Assembly: GCA_965287045.1 (NCBI GenBank)
Contig: OZ336873.1
Span: forward strand, 17,484,001-17,548,000
Origin: Carcharhinus amblyrhynchos
Taxonomy: Eukaryota
DNA length: 64,000 nt
Reading direction: 5' to 3'
The first letter of the stretch is position 1. The number at the start of each line of letters is the position of its first letter. Below the pieces are notes generated by a model. It worked only from the letters and a program-made list of their open reading frames with translations. It was not told where the DNA came from and did not search any database. The position numbers and the translations under genes were made by a program. Positions 49,690 to 62,110 of this stretch are shown in pieces.

Positions 49690-51040
49690 GAGACAGTGAT
49701 AGATTAACGTGCGGTTAAAACAGAGGCAGATGGATTTCAACATAATTAAGTATGAGGTCATCCATTTTGGACCAAAGAAAGGTAGAATGGGGCACTTTTT
49801 AAACAGTGAAAAGCTGGTAACACTAAAACTCCCCAGAGATTTAATGGTCTATGTGCACAAATCACTAAAATGAAAACAGGAAAAAACCTAATGGGCTGTT
49901 AACATTCACAAAGAGAGAGCTCGATTGAATACAAATCTGTAAGGCTGGATTTTATGCTCCCTGTTGTCAGGTTTGAGGGCAGGAGCTCAAACTCCAGCAT
50001 GTGGTCTTCCCACCTGCCGTCAATCTGTATGATGATTTTGAGATACAACATAGTTCTTTCATCGTCCTGCAATTTCATACTTACCATCTTCCCATCATGC
50101 TTAACGGCATCATTCCGCCCCCACTGTTATTTTTCCCATGCTAAGTGGGTAGCCCTACAGATTTAGCTGCCCCAGTTGGAGTTGAGTAAGATGGGGAAAC
50201 TCCTTCAAGGAATGGTCTCCTGTGCCCATCAGAGGCACTTGACTCCTCCTCCATCCTAAGGTCACACTTACCCCTTTACAATCCCCCGCCCCACCCATCG
50301 CCACCACCCCCCCCAGCATAACCACACCTGTTGTCCCCACCTCGCCAGCCTAACTTGAGCGAAACTCCACCCCACACCCCCACCTTGGTGTCTGGCTCCA
50401 GCTACAAGCTCTACTGGGGACTCTCTATAATCCCAGCTGCGGCCAACACTTTCACTTAGCTCTGTTGGGACTTGAGTTGCTCTCTAAAATTGAGCCCATG
50501 GCTAGAGCTATGGACATGTGGATTAAACCATATATAACATACTGTTTGGGCATCCCACCTGAGAAAGGTCATGAGTGAAATGCAGCTCAAAATCACCAGA
50601 ATGCTACTTACACTTCAATGGTTAAATTATGATGAGAGACAGGTCATGTATAAAATATGTAAAATACTTTCACACAAATATAAACAGTTATGGGATAATT
50701 GATTGATGGATTTAGGATGTTACAAAGCATTATAAGCAAAGATGGAAAGATTTTTTCCCACTGGTGTCAAGTCTTAGAGAAGGGACCTGATCCTTCAAAG
50801 CCAGGCTATTCAATGGGGGATTAAGTGAGCACAAAAGATGGTAGAGATAAGAACCTCCCCTCCACAAAAGAAGTTACATTAATTTTAAATCCTAGATTGA
50901 CAGATTTTGTTGGATTAGGTCATTGAAGGATGTGAAGTCAGAATGTGTGGGATGGTTTTAGAGTACAGATCAGCCAGGATTTCACAAAGAGTTCCAACAG
51001 GTTCAAGATGCTGAACGATCCAGTCCTGTTGCTATTTTGA
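49690..51040 (+). mobile_element. Old CR1 ORF2 3' region split by a MITE (about 49943-50477)
   Basis: QMDFNIIKYEVIHFG; later TGTTTGGGCATCCCACCTGAGAAAGG; MITE termini GGCTGGATTTTA / TAAAATTGAGCCC. Confidence 0.65.
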
Positions 51041-51867
51041 TCCTTATCAAAGTAAGCTTGGCCATCTTAACAATAACTGAATGTAGTTGTAAAGACTCTT
51101 AATACAACTGAAGTCAACAAACGGCCACCATTTCAGTCGTTCAAGTCATACTGAAACAAAGGAAGTGGGTCGTCACTGGGGCTAAGGGATGATGTTCCAC
51201 CAGTTCTGCAGGCAAATACCCTCAGCCTAACTACCTATAGCTGCTTCATCAATGATGTCCCATCAATACAAGATAAGGAATGGGTCTGCCTCCTGATGAT
51301 TATATGATGGTCATCTCCATGTACATTCCTTTAGTTCACCACCATCAAAATCCTGGGGTCAGTCATTGACCCACAGCTTAACTCAGGCAGTTTATTATCA
51401 ATGTTTTTTATTATTCATTCATGGGGCATGGATGTCACTGGCTGGCTAGCATTCATTGCCCATCCCTAGTTGTCCTTGTCCAGAAAGGAATGGCTGGGAA
51501 CTCCGTGCTAAATGCCTCATCTCCCTACCCCTCAAAACTTCTCCATCATCTAAAAAGCAGGTGCAAGATGAAATGCTCAGCACTCGTTCACACAGATGTG
51601 GCTGCAACATTGCTCAAGAAACATAATCCCATTGACAATAAGACACTCTATTGGATCACACCACACTGTTACTCAATATCCATCTCTGCCTTTCAGATGC
51701 AGTTGTAGTATTTATATCTGGAGCAAATTACTGAGTTTGATTCTCAGTATCTCCCAGCCCTGATAATATAAAGTTATAAGAAGAACGCGGTAAGATTTTG
51801 GAAAGACCATCACCTCAAGGTTTCCCTCTATGATCCTCCATTCTGACTTAGACAGACACTCGTTAAT

Positions 51868-52727
51868 TGAACGGAGTTTTCCATTCATTATTCCAAAGTG
51901 CTGGCTCAGGTGTGAAAACTGGGAGACAGCCCACAGGTTGGCTTTTCCCATCATATTTCCCAGCATTTTGAGAAAAATAAAAGCCCCACCAGCAATGTTG
52001 GTCTTCCAGAGATTGGGATGCAGTTTGACAAGCGCACCTCAACCTAACAAGTATAAAAATAAGACCAAAGATTGCCCCCAGTGGACATGGTGAACCCCTC
52101 CCCCATAGACACATGAACCACACTCCTTCATGGACTCCCACAGATGAAGCCCCCCCCCCCCCCCCCACCGTCCCCATCACCCTCTATCCTGGCACTGCTC
52201 AGGCATGGCCCTCACCTCCATGGGGGTTGTACCTACCTGTACGCCCCTGGCATGGTCTCCTCACCTGGTTCATGTTGCTCCAGGCCTGTTGTAACCCTCA
52301 CTGACATGATGTCATGTTGGTGGGAGGAAATCTGAATGTTGGGGTTGGGAACATACAGCGGGGAGGCATGGTATGGAGATGTATTTAAATGTGGTTCGCT
52401 GACCTTGCTGGGCATGAACCACATTAATTTCACTAATGCCCTTTCGGGAAGGAAATCAGCCATCCTTACCCGGTCTGGCCTACATGTGACTCCAGAACCA
52501 CAGCAGTGTGGTTGACTTTCAACTGCCCTCCAAGGGCAACTCGGGATGGGCAATAAATGCTGGCCAGCAGTGACACCCATGTCCCATGAATGAAAAAAAA
52601 GTTAGTAGGAGGAATCAGGGACAATCACGTTCTGAGATCTCGCTAGCAAGAATCTCGTCCTTGGTTTCACAGAAGATTTTGTGCCCATGTCGCTATTTGC
52701 ATAAAACACAGGTGCAAAATCCTGGCC
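51868..52727. mobile_element. Non-autonomous DNA element containing a SINE-B piece (52425-52600)
   Basis: Ends AAAATCCTGGCC; GC-rich body; SINE-B core and tail inside. Confidence 0.45.
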
Positions 52728-53547
52728 ATTATCCCTATCCAAAACCTGCAATTCCATGCTTAACATCTTCAGTTTAATGTTTGCAGCAATACAAGGAAAG
52801 GCAAATCTCTTCTTTGCAGCAAATGCAACATTGCCCAAACCCCTGAACAAATTTTGAAATATAGCTGCCAAAGTCAATAAAAATAAAGTTCTGTTATATG
52901 TTGGAGATGCAGGGAATCCTTTAATCTATTTGATTTAGTGCAACAGTTTACTGAAATTCCATGTGTTCTTGGAATAAATGAATGTGAAATCGATTCCTTG
53001 CCTCGCCATGCATCACGAAGAAACGTGGCAACATTTTCTTTACATGTTATTTCGAGTGAAATTGCAGACATGTTCTCTTTGAAGATTTCCTCATTTAAAA
53101 GCAATTATCACTTTGCCAGAGAAGATTCTCCCACATTTGATTATGGTGCTTCTAAACATAATGGCCAGAGGAAATAATCCCTCACCTCTTGTAAAGGAGT
53201 AGTTTGAACATCCAGAAATAACATCCTTTATTTCATACTATTATGAACAGAAGTTGTGGAAAGTGAACATTATTTCACCTTTATAACAGAATACAATTTC
53301 CTTTATTTGATGTATTTGGAACATACAATATTACCAACAATTAGTCGGGTGAGTTTTTGCCACACAATCCTATTTGCATGATATAATGTTTTTGGCCTAG
53401 TGGGTAGAAATTGAAAATTCAAATCCATTTTATAGCATTTACTCCTCTTTGATGTTTGTCCTATTGCCCAGATTATATGTCGTCAAACTACATGCAACCA
53501 GCCTCTGTATTTATGTCTCATTACAGCAAAGTTCAAAAGGACTTGGA

Positions 53548-54388
53548 CTGACAGTGGCAAGTAACATTCACACTACAGAAACGCCAGGCAATGACTATCA
53601 CCACCAATAAGAGACACTCTAACCACCGCCCCTTGACATTCAACGGTGTTACCATTACTGAATCACCTACTGTCAACATTCTTGGGATTACCATTGACCA
53701 GAAACTCAACTAGACTCGCTACATGAACACAATGACTACAAGAGCAGGTCAGAAGCTAGGAATTCTGCAGCGAATAACTCACTTCCTAACTCCCCAAAGC
53801 GTGTCTACAATCTACAAGACACAGGTCAGGAGTATGATGCAATGCTCTCTGCTTGCCTGGATGGGATGCAGCTCCAACAACACAAGAAGCTTGACACCAT
53901 CCAGGACAAAGCAGCCCGCTTGATTGACACCACATCCACAAACATCCACTCCCTCCGCCATCAACGCTCAGTAGCAGCAGTATATACTATCTACAATATG
54001 CACTGCAGTAATTCACCAAAGATTGTTCGACAGCATTTTCCAAACTCATGATCACTTCCATCTAAAAGGACAAGGGCAGCAGATACATGGGGACACTATC
54101 ATCGGCGGCGCGGGCTCGTTGGGCCGAAGGGCCTGTTTCCCGTGCTGTGTTGTTCTTTGCAAGTTCTGTTCCCAGTCACTCATCATCCTGACCTGGAAAT
54201 ATATCGCCGTTCCTTCACAGTCACTGGGTCAAAATCCTGGAATTCCCTCCCTAAGCAGGGCAACCCACAGCACATGGGCTTCAGTGATTCAAGAGGCAGC
54301 TCACCACCACCTTCTCAAGGGCAACCAGGAATGGGCAATAAATGCTGGCCAGCCAGTGATGCCCATGTTCCACGAACGAATAAAAAAA
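53548..54388 (+). mobile_element. CR1/L2-group LINE 3' fragment, likely partner of SINE family B
   Basis: NILGITIDQKLN, RAGQKLGILQR, STIYKTQVRSMM, LDTIQDKAARLI, SFTVTGSKSWNSLP; tail GGGCAATAAATGCTGGCC..GAATAAAAAAA. Confidence 0.88.
54102..54159 (+). mobile_element. About 58-bp 5'-truncated young tail insertion
   Basis: GGCGGCGCGGGCTCGTTGGGCCGAAGGGCCTGTTTCCCGTGCTG is the near reverse complement of 30515-30558. Confidence 0.85.
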
Positions 54389-55447
54389 GTCAAATGCCAT
54401 ACAAGTAATTTATTACTTGTAAAATGTGCATACATTTAATTGATATACTTCATATACATAAAAACACACACTTACACAGGCTAATGACAGACACAATGGT
54501 AGTCAACCTGCAGCCTCATCACAAGACATCATCTAAACGATAGCACTTTTGTGTCACACAGCATGAGCAAACAGTCACATATGGTAAAGTCCTGGTTTCC
54601 AATCGGGGGAAATCAATACTGCAGACCAAATAAAGAACAGTGCACAAAACTGACAAAAAAGACTCCAAAGTAAGCATTGCAGGGGCCAAAATAAATGTGT
54701 CATAGCAAAATGTAACACTTCTCAAGATGGAGTCCCAAAATAACTGAATAGGCAATTCTAGCCAGCATCTGATTCAAAATGGACAGTGAATAAGAAGTGT
54801 TTTTTTCAGAACTGATTCTAAGTATGGAATAAATTTGGCATATTTTAATGAGATGAGCGTGCATGCCTGTGATCCAACCTGTTAGCATGTGGTCTATATT
54901 AAGCACGCTCTTTCATTTGATCAGTACTTGGGCTGTCAAGGGCACACCACTGAGGGAGCATCTCCAGTATGTTGAAAAATCTGTTTGCTGCAAGACTTTG
55001 GCCTTTTCTCATGCTCATTCACTTGAGAGGAATAAGTTGTAGCACCTTAATGCATTCAGTGGCATTTTTGATGTAACGACAATTGAAAACCAACCTTTCC
55101 TTAAACTGCTTTCGTGGTTAAAAAATCTAGTCATGTAGCAGACGGACATACATCAATAATTGTGTTCCCTGGTGTTAGAACTGAGCTTGTAGTTTTCTTT
55201 AATTTTCTGCTATTGAACATTTCTTCAGGCAATTGTACCAGTAATCTCACAATGCTACAATAAGAATGCAATTACTTGCTTCATTTAAAGGTGCATGGTC
55301 CAGTAAATACACGGAACTAAGTTTCAGTCTAGTTATGTTTACCAAAGGTTCACTCAATCCATTTTAAGTATACTTTGTAATCACAAAATAAACCTCTCTG
55401 GTTTAAGTTGGAGAAACTAACTATTAATCAGCTATACAAATAATAGG

Positions 55448-56295
55448 ACTTGCACAGATTACGAGAGTGGGCAAAGAAGTGGCAGATGAAATACAATGTG
55501 GAAAAGTGTGAGGTTATGCATTTTGGAAGGAGAAGGCATAGACTATTTTCTAAATGGGAAAATGCTTAGGAAATCAGAAACTCAAAGGGACTTGTGAGTC
55601 ATTGTTCAAGATTCTCTTAAGGTTCACGTGCAGGTTCAGTCGGCGGTTAGGAAGGCAAATACGATGTTAGCATTCATGTCGAGAGGTCTAGAATGCAAGA
55701 GCAGGGATGTACTTTTGAAGCTGTCTAAGGCTCTGGTCAGATCCCATTTGGAGTATTGTGAGCAGTTTTAGGCCCCATGTCTAAGGAAGGATGTGCTGGC
55801 CTTGGAAAGAGTCCAGAGAGGGTTCACAAGAATGATCCCTTGAATGAAGAGCTTGTCTTATGAAAAATGGTTGAGGACTCTGGGTCTGGACTTGTTGGAG
55901 TTTAGAAAAGTGGGGGCGGGGGGGCGTTTATTGAAACTTACAGGATACTGCAAGGTCTGGATAGAGTGGACGTGAAGAGGATGTTTCCACTAGTAGGAAA
56001 AACTAGATCCAGACGGCACAATGTCAGGCTGGAGGGACAATCCTTTAAAACAGAGATGAGGAGGAATTTCTTCAGCCAGAGAATGGTGAATCTGTGGAAC
56101 AGCAGAAGGCTGTGGAGGCCAGGTCATTGAGTGTCTTTAAGATAAAGGTAGATAGGTTATTGATCAATAACAGGATCAGGGGTTATGGGAAAAGGGCAAG
56201 AGAATGGGGATGATAAAAATATCAGCCATGATTGAATGGCGGAGCAGATTTGATGAGCTGAGTGCTTAATTCTGCTCCTGTGTCTTGTGCTCTTA
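55448..56295 (+). mobile_element. CR1 ORF2 3' fragment (decayed)
   Basis: WQMKYNVEKCEVMHFG..ALVRSHLEYCEQF..MRRNFFSQRMVNLWN. Confidence 0.92.
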
Positions 56296-56481
56296 CAAGC
56301 AATCATGGGGGACAAAAAGGAGATCTGAGTATATATAGGGCCTTGCATGACTTTGTAATGTCCCCAAGTTTTTTACAGCCAATTAAGTATTTTGAAGTAT
56401 AAACGCAGTTGCAATGTAGGAAATGTGGCAACTAATGTTCACACAGCAGGGTCCCACAAACAGCAATACAACAAATAACCA

Positions 56482-56692
56482 AGTATGTGGACTCAAAACA
56501 TCAGCTCTTTTGTCTCCTTACATTTTCTCCAGCATTTTCTCTTTGGGTTTCAGATTCCAGCAACTGAAGTAATTTGCTTTTAATCAGTTTTACATTCTGA
56601 AGATAGATCATCAATCTGAAACGTTAACTCTGTTTCTCTCTCCACAGTTGCTGCCTGACCTGGCGAGTATTTCCAACATTTTCTATTTTTAA
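56482..56692 (+). mobile_element. Two tandem Penelope-like terminal units
   Basis: Unit 1 at 56482-56581, unit 2 at 56592-56692; both end in CCARCATTTTCT. Confidence 0.7.
56594..56629 (+). ncRNA. Minimal type I hammerhead ribozyme motif
   Basis: CTGAAGA-T-AGAT(CATCA)ATCT-GAAA-CGTT-AAC: core boxes, stem II, palindromic AACGTT; stem I weak. Confidence 0.6.
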
Positions 56693-57560
56693 CGTCAGTT
56701 TTAGATGTTGATTAAGGGACAAATATTGGTCAGGAATTTAGGAGAACTCTCTTGCTCTTCATCATAAAGTACCATGGGATCTTTTACCTCCGTTTGAAAG
56801 GGCATGCGGGACGTGAGTTTATCATCCCAGCTGAAAAACAACATCTCTGATGATGCAGGAATCCCTTAATAGTTCACAACAGTGCCAGGCTAGATTACGT
56901 GCTCAGGTCTCTGCAGTGGAACCTGAACCCACAACCTTCTGAAGCAAGACAGGACTGCTGCAAACTGAGCCAAGCTGACACCAGTGTGGAGTGTTTCAGT
57001 TCTGTAGCAAAGGAAGGATCTGATATAAGTGAGTTTCACCCTCAGTCTGACTGGTACAGATTGAAGAATTAGGGACGATGAATAGAGACTGACTTTAACA
57101 TCTTTTTCTGTCTACTTCTATTCTTTCTGAACATTGACAAACAACTTAATTCTGGAAACTGCTCAAAACTGCAAAGGAGTTAAATTAGCAGCAGTTAATA
57201 TAGTCGTGAACCCAGGGGTCACAGTCTCCTTGTTATTACAACTGTTTATCTCAATTCAGAGGCTAACTAACTCCTAAAATTAGACAATCCATTGTCAAGT
57301 ACAACACTGCAGTTAATAGGAAAGGACTGGCAGCTTGGGAATAAAAGTCAGTCTTATATCATTAGAATAGTCAGCAAGTAAGAATGCTTTACTCTAGAAA
57401 CTCTAAGTTGCAACTTCAGTGTGCTGCAGAATGGCTGAATGCATATTCACATTCAGAGTTCCTCATTCTTAAATTCCGGATTTCATCTGTCCCGTTAGCA
57501 GTAAGTCACCGGGAAAATTGAACATAAGATCCACCCTGGGATAATTCTGCAGAATGACAG

Positions 57561-58012
57561 AAGAACATAAGAACTAGGGTCAGGCCTAGGCCATCTGGCC
57601 CCTCGAGCCTGCTCTGCCTTTCAATAAGATTATGGTTTATTTTTTCATGGACACAGCTCCACTTACCTACCTGCTCACCATAACTCTTAATTCCTTTATC
57701 GTTCAAAAATCTATCTTTGCCTTAAAAACATTTAGCGAGGTGGACTCAACTGCTTCCCTGGACAGGGAATTCCACAGATTCACAACCCTTTGGGTGAAAA
57801 AGTTCTTCCTCCACTCAGTCCTAAATCTGCTCAGCTTTATTTTGAGGCCATGCCCCCTAGTTCTAGTCTCACCTGCCAGTGGAAGTAACCTCTCTGCTTC
57901 TATCTTATCTACTCCCTTCATAATCTTATATGTTTCTATAAGATCTCACCTCATTCTTCTGAATTCCAATGAGTATAGTCCCAATCTGCTCAGTCTTTCC
58001 TCATAAGCCAAC
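57561..58012 (-). mobile_element. CR1 3' fragment
   Basis: TRTRGHGLKIK..RKNFFTQRVVNLWNSL; AAGAACATAAGAAC tail. Confidence 0.92.
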
Positions 58013-58571
58013 CTTCATTAACTGAAGCCTGTTCAGGTCCACTGATTTCAACCTGACTTACTATTGGTCTACGGAGCAGTCTTCTGGAATTGAAGAGTAA
58101 GTTGTGAAGCAGAAGCAGGAATAACTTCCATTCAAGGGTGGGACAGCTGGTCATGGGCAATTGCGTGCTTGGGAAAGCACACGGTGAATCCTATGGCAGG
58201 GCAGGATAACGGTCAACACCCTAAGCTTTACCTCACAGGCTCGAAGGTCATTATATTTAAAGGGTATATGGACTGCAAGCCACCGGCTAGTTGCAGAAGA
58301 GGAAGCATCCTCTCCACATCCACCCTGTCAGGTTATCTCAGGGTCTTAAAGGTTTCAATCAAGTTGCCTCTTACACTTCGAAGCTCCAGTGAATACAAGA
58401 CTAACCTATCTACCTTTCCTCATAAGTGTTCTATTAATATATTCTGCAATCTAACCTTTATGCCACTATTAACACTTCTACAGTCATTAATGTCACGGTT
58501 AACACTGTGGCATCTTCTTCAATCTTGCTTCAGCTCCAACCACTCTCCAACTTTATAATTCATAACTCCCA

Positions 58572-58888
58572 AACGGTATTGTGGTTAGCACTGCTGCCTC
58601 ACAGGGCCAAGAACCCGGGTTCAATTCTGACCTTGGGGCACTGTCTGTGCAGAGTTTACACATTACCTCCGTGTCTGCGTGGGTTTCCTCCAGGTGCTCC
58701 AGTTTCTTCCCACAGTCCAAAGACGTGCGGGTTAGGTTGATTGGCTATGCTTAATTGACCCTAGTATCAGGGGATTAGCAGGGCAGGTATGTGGGGTTAC
58801 AGGAATAAGACCTGTCTGGGATTTTGGTTTGTGCAAATTTGATAGGCTGAATGGCCTCCTTTTGCACTGTAGGGATTCAATGATTCTA
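58572..58888 (+). mobile_element. V-SINE, tail type a
   Basis: Head, V-domain, tail. Confidence 0.9.
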
Positions 58889-60371
58889 CGAAGTCTCACA
58901 ACACCGGTTCAAGTCAATTATGACAAGCAGGCAGCAAGCCTAACTGTTATTCAGCTTTTTAACTTTAACTGTCATGGGCCATGTTTCTCAATCTTTAAGG
59001 ACACCCAGCAACAACACCGAGCTGCGAGTTCCCTTTCTAACTACCTGCTGGATCCCAGTGAGCCATCCTAGACAATTTTAGTCATCAGGCAACTGTCATC
59101 CAATACTACTTACACCCCAATTCACAGCCCTTTGACCACTATTGATCCCTACCCTGGGATTGACAGCCTCACTCACCCCATTCAACCCTCCCAAGATCCA
59201 TCACACCCTGAGACTGACCACCATTTCACAGCCTCTGAGAATGACTCCCTTCCTATACCCAGGGTTGACCTTTTGCCTACCAGTTTCCCCATCTTAATTG
59301 ACATCCTCATCACCACCACCACCACCACCCCATCCCAAAAAACTTAAGGGTGCCCCATTCCTCCTTTCCTGGGGGGATAGGTCCATCCACTTGTCTCCTG
59401 TTCAAGTGGAAGCCAACCCCATCATTCAAGTTGACCTGTAGGCAGAGAACTGATCAGCGACCATATGCACATGATGGAGTTAGAAATCTTCAGTGACCGG
59501 GTGAACCCATCTTCCAGGTTCCCTACGCTTAGCAGCCCTCTTCCCCCAATTCCCACTACATCAGCCAGGTTATGCTCCAGGCCTGAGGACATTTGTGGAC
59601 AAGCAAACGTTCACCAAACCCTTATCATGAAGATAGTATCCTTTAAAAATGTACGTATTGAATTCTTAACATTACTCAATTGATTACAACATTGTATGTT
59701 TATTGACATAACTTTAACCATGGATTTGGGGGCCTTTAAAATATGCTAATTTTCCTAAAACTCCAATGGCTTCCAATAAATAAAAGTTACATGACATGCT
59801 TATTGATTAAACCTTTTTTGCTTTAATCTTACATGTTTTTTAACAAATCATTACAGGGATAAACATTTCCAGATTGCATGGGTGTATCAAAGGTAACATG
59901 ATTGTTGTATATGTCCATTTACATTTATGATTGCACACTGAAAACTGAGGAAACTGGTGTAAGCATGGGCTAAAGGGATGGGAAAATTGAAGGTAAGATG
60001 TTGAACATGTTGAGAGAAGCAGTTATAGCAATTCCAGAAGATGAACTGAATCATTAGTGTTCCTTTCATTTGTTCCTCTTTATTGTCACACTGCTCCAAT
60101 ACACCAGAGAAGTGTTAAGAATTGCATGGGAGGAGACTAGTATTAGGCTGTTTGGGACTGTGAGGGTTTATGTAGGACTGGAAAACAACACTGCCTGCAT
60201 TATGACGTAGCATGTCACATTGGGGTATTAGAGGTGGAGAGGTTGAAATGCAGAAGAGGTAACAGAGCATGTGGCAATTCGTTGTGAGATCTGACCAAAA
60301 GCTCAGTCAAAGGACCTAACCAGATTACAGAAGGGTGAGCAAACTCCAAAAACAAAGGCTGAAATCGACAC

Positions 60372-60669
60372 AGTTGTCACAACGGTTAGCACTGCTAGCC
60401 CAAAGCACCAGGGATCCGGGTTCAATTTGGACTTGGGTCACTGTCTGTGTTGAGTTTTCACGTTTTCCGTGTCTGTATGGGCTTCCTCCGAATGCTCCAG
60501 TTTCCTCCCACAGTCTCAAGATATGCAAGGTAGGTGGATTGGTCATGTTAAATGAGTGGGGTTACAGGGATAGAATGGGGGAGAGGGCATGGTCAACATA
60601 CTCTGTCAGAGAGTCAGTGCAGACTCGATGGACTAAATGGCCTCCTCCTGCACTGTAGGGATTCGATGA
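60372..60669 (+). mobile_element. V-SINE, tail type a variant
   Basis: Head, V-domain, tail AATGGCCTCCTCCTGCACTGTAGGGATTC. Confidence 0.9.
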
Positions 60670-61027
60670 AATAAGTTTTTAAATTTGGTGTAATTATCAG
60701 GTGGTACTGGCAGACTGATTGTCTTAATGCGTGCAGATTGAAGAATGCTCCAGCCTGAATCCAGAGTCAGTAACACTTGGTGACTGCATGCAAATGGAAA
60801 AGAAATTAAAGAGAAGTCAGAAAAAAAAATCCACTTTAGTGTGATGTTCCAAGCTTAGGAAAGCAAGTTACTGGCTAAAATTAATTTGTTTCAAAGATTT
60901 TCTGCAGAATCACTGAAGTTTAGATTGGTTCTGTAACCACAGTAGGAGCCTATGGAATCCTAAGAGGCATGAAAAATGTACTGCCACCCCACTTGTAAAA
61001 ACAAATGCAACTGTGCTGAAAACCATC

Positions 61028-62110
61028 ATGGTTGATAAATTGACATTGCCAGATGAATCAAGGCAAGTGGAAGGGCCAAAATTGGGCATGAGAAGAAGAA
61101 AGTTTTTAACATCTCCGATAACAGTAGGCTTGAATAAGAAAAAAAGAGGCTGAATAAGTGAAGGTAGGTCCAATAGCCACCAACATCATTGCCAGACAGG
61201 TCAGTACAGTTTTATACTCAGTAGATCCAATAGCCAATGACATAAGTACCAGACGAGGAATAAGTGAATCTTCTGATAACTTTGAAGTAGTTATTAAGTT
61301 TAAGTAGGCATCACAGAACTTAAGAAACATTACATTTTGGAATGATCAAAATTTAACATTAGAGTCCAAAAACTCAGAGAACCCTTAGACTCTTTCTTAA
61401 GTGAATTATACAGATTGGCTGAAGGCTCCAATTGTGGTGACCTTAAGTCAAAACTCATAAAAGACCAAGTTGTAATGGGAGTATCCGATGGCACATTGAA
61501 CATAGAACATAGAACACTACAACACAAACAGGCCCTTCGGCCTACAAGTTGCGCCGATCATATCTATACCTACCAGGCCTATCTATAACTCTCAATCCCA
61601 TTAAATCCCATGTACTCATCCGGAAGTCTCCTAAAAGACCCCAGCGAGTTCGCCTCTACCACCACTGATGGCAGCCGATTCCACTCACTCACCACCCTCT
61701 GAGTGAAAAACTTACCCCTGACATCTCCTCTGTACCTGCTCCCCACCATCTTAAACCTGTGTCCTCTTGTAGCGACCATTTCAGCCCTGGGAAATAGCCT
61801 CCTAGAATCCATCCTATCTATACCTCTCAACATCTTATAAACCTCTATCAGGTCGCCTCTCAACCTTCGTCTCTCCAGGGAGAAGAGACCTAGCTCCCTC
61901 AACCTGTCCTCATAAGGCATGCTTCCCAATCCAGGCAGCATCCTTATAAATCTCCTCTGCACCCTCTCAGTAGCTTCCACATCCTTCTTGTAGTGAGGTG
62001 ACCAGAACTGCGCACAGTACTCCAAGTGGGGTCTGACAGGGCTCTTGTAAGGCACACTTTCAGGTGTACTCCAATCTGAAGATCTGACTTTGTAAACAGC
62101 CATCCAAGTC
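61028..62110 (+). mobile_element. Second Ty3/Gypsy gag relic, split by a CR1
   Basis: QVSTVLYSV; KFNIRVQKLREPLDSFLSELYRLAEGSNCGDLKSKLIKDQVVMGVSDGT, continuing LSGVLQSEDLTL*TAIQV after the insert. Confidence 0.8.
61496..62050 (-). mobile_element. Young 5'-truncated CR1 with open ORF2 end and 6-bp TSD
   Basis: VRPHLEYCAQFWSP..RRRLRGDLIEVYKML..FFTQRVVSEWNRLP without stops; CATAGAA tail; GGCACA at 61490-61495 and 62051-62056. Confidence 0.96.

Larger units (their letters stand above)
56320..56982 (-). mobile_element. Deu-domain SINE, near full length, split by Penelope-like inserts
   Basis: Deu core CCATGGGATCTTTTAC..TTTATCATCCCAGCTGAAAAACAACATCTC; head TGAACCCACAACCTTCTG. Confidence 0.8.
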
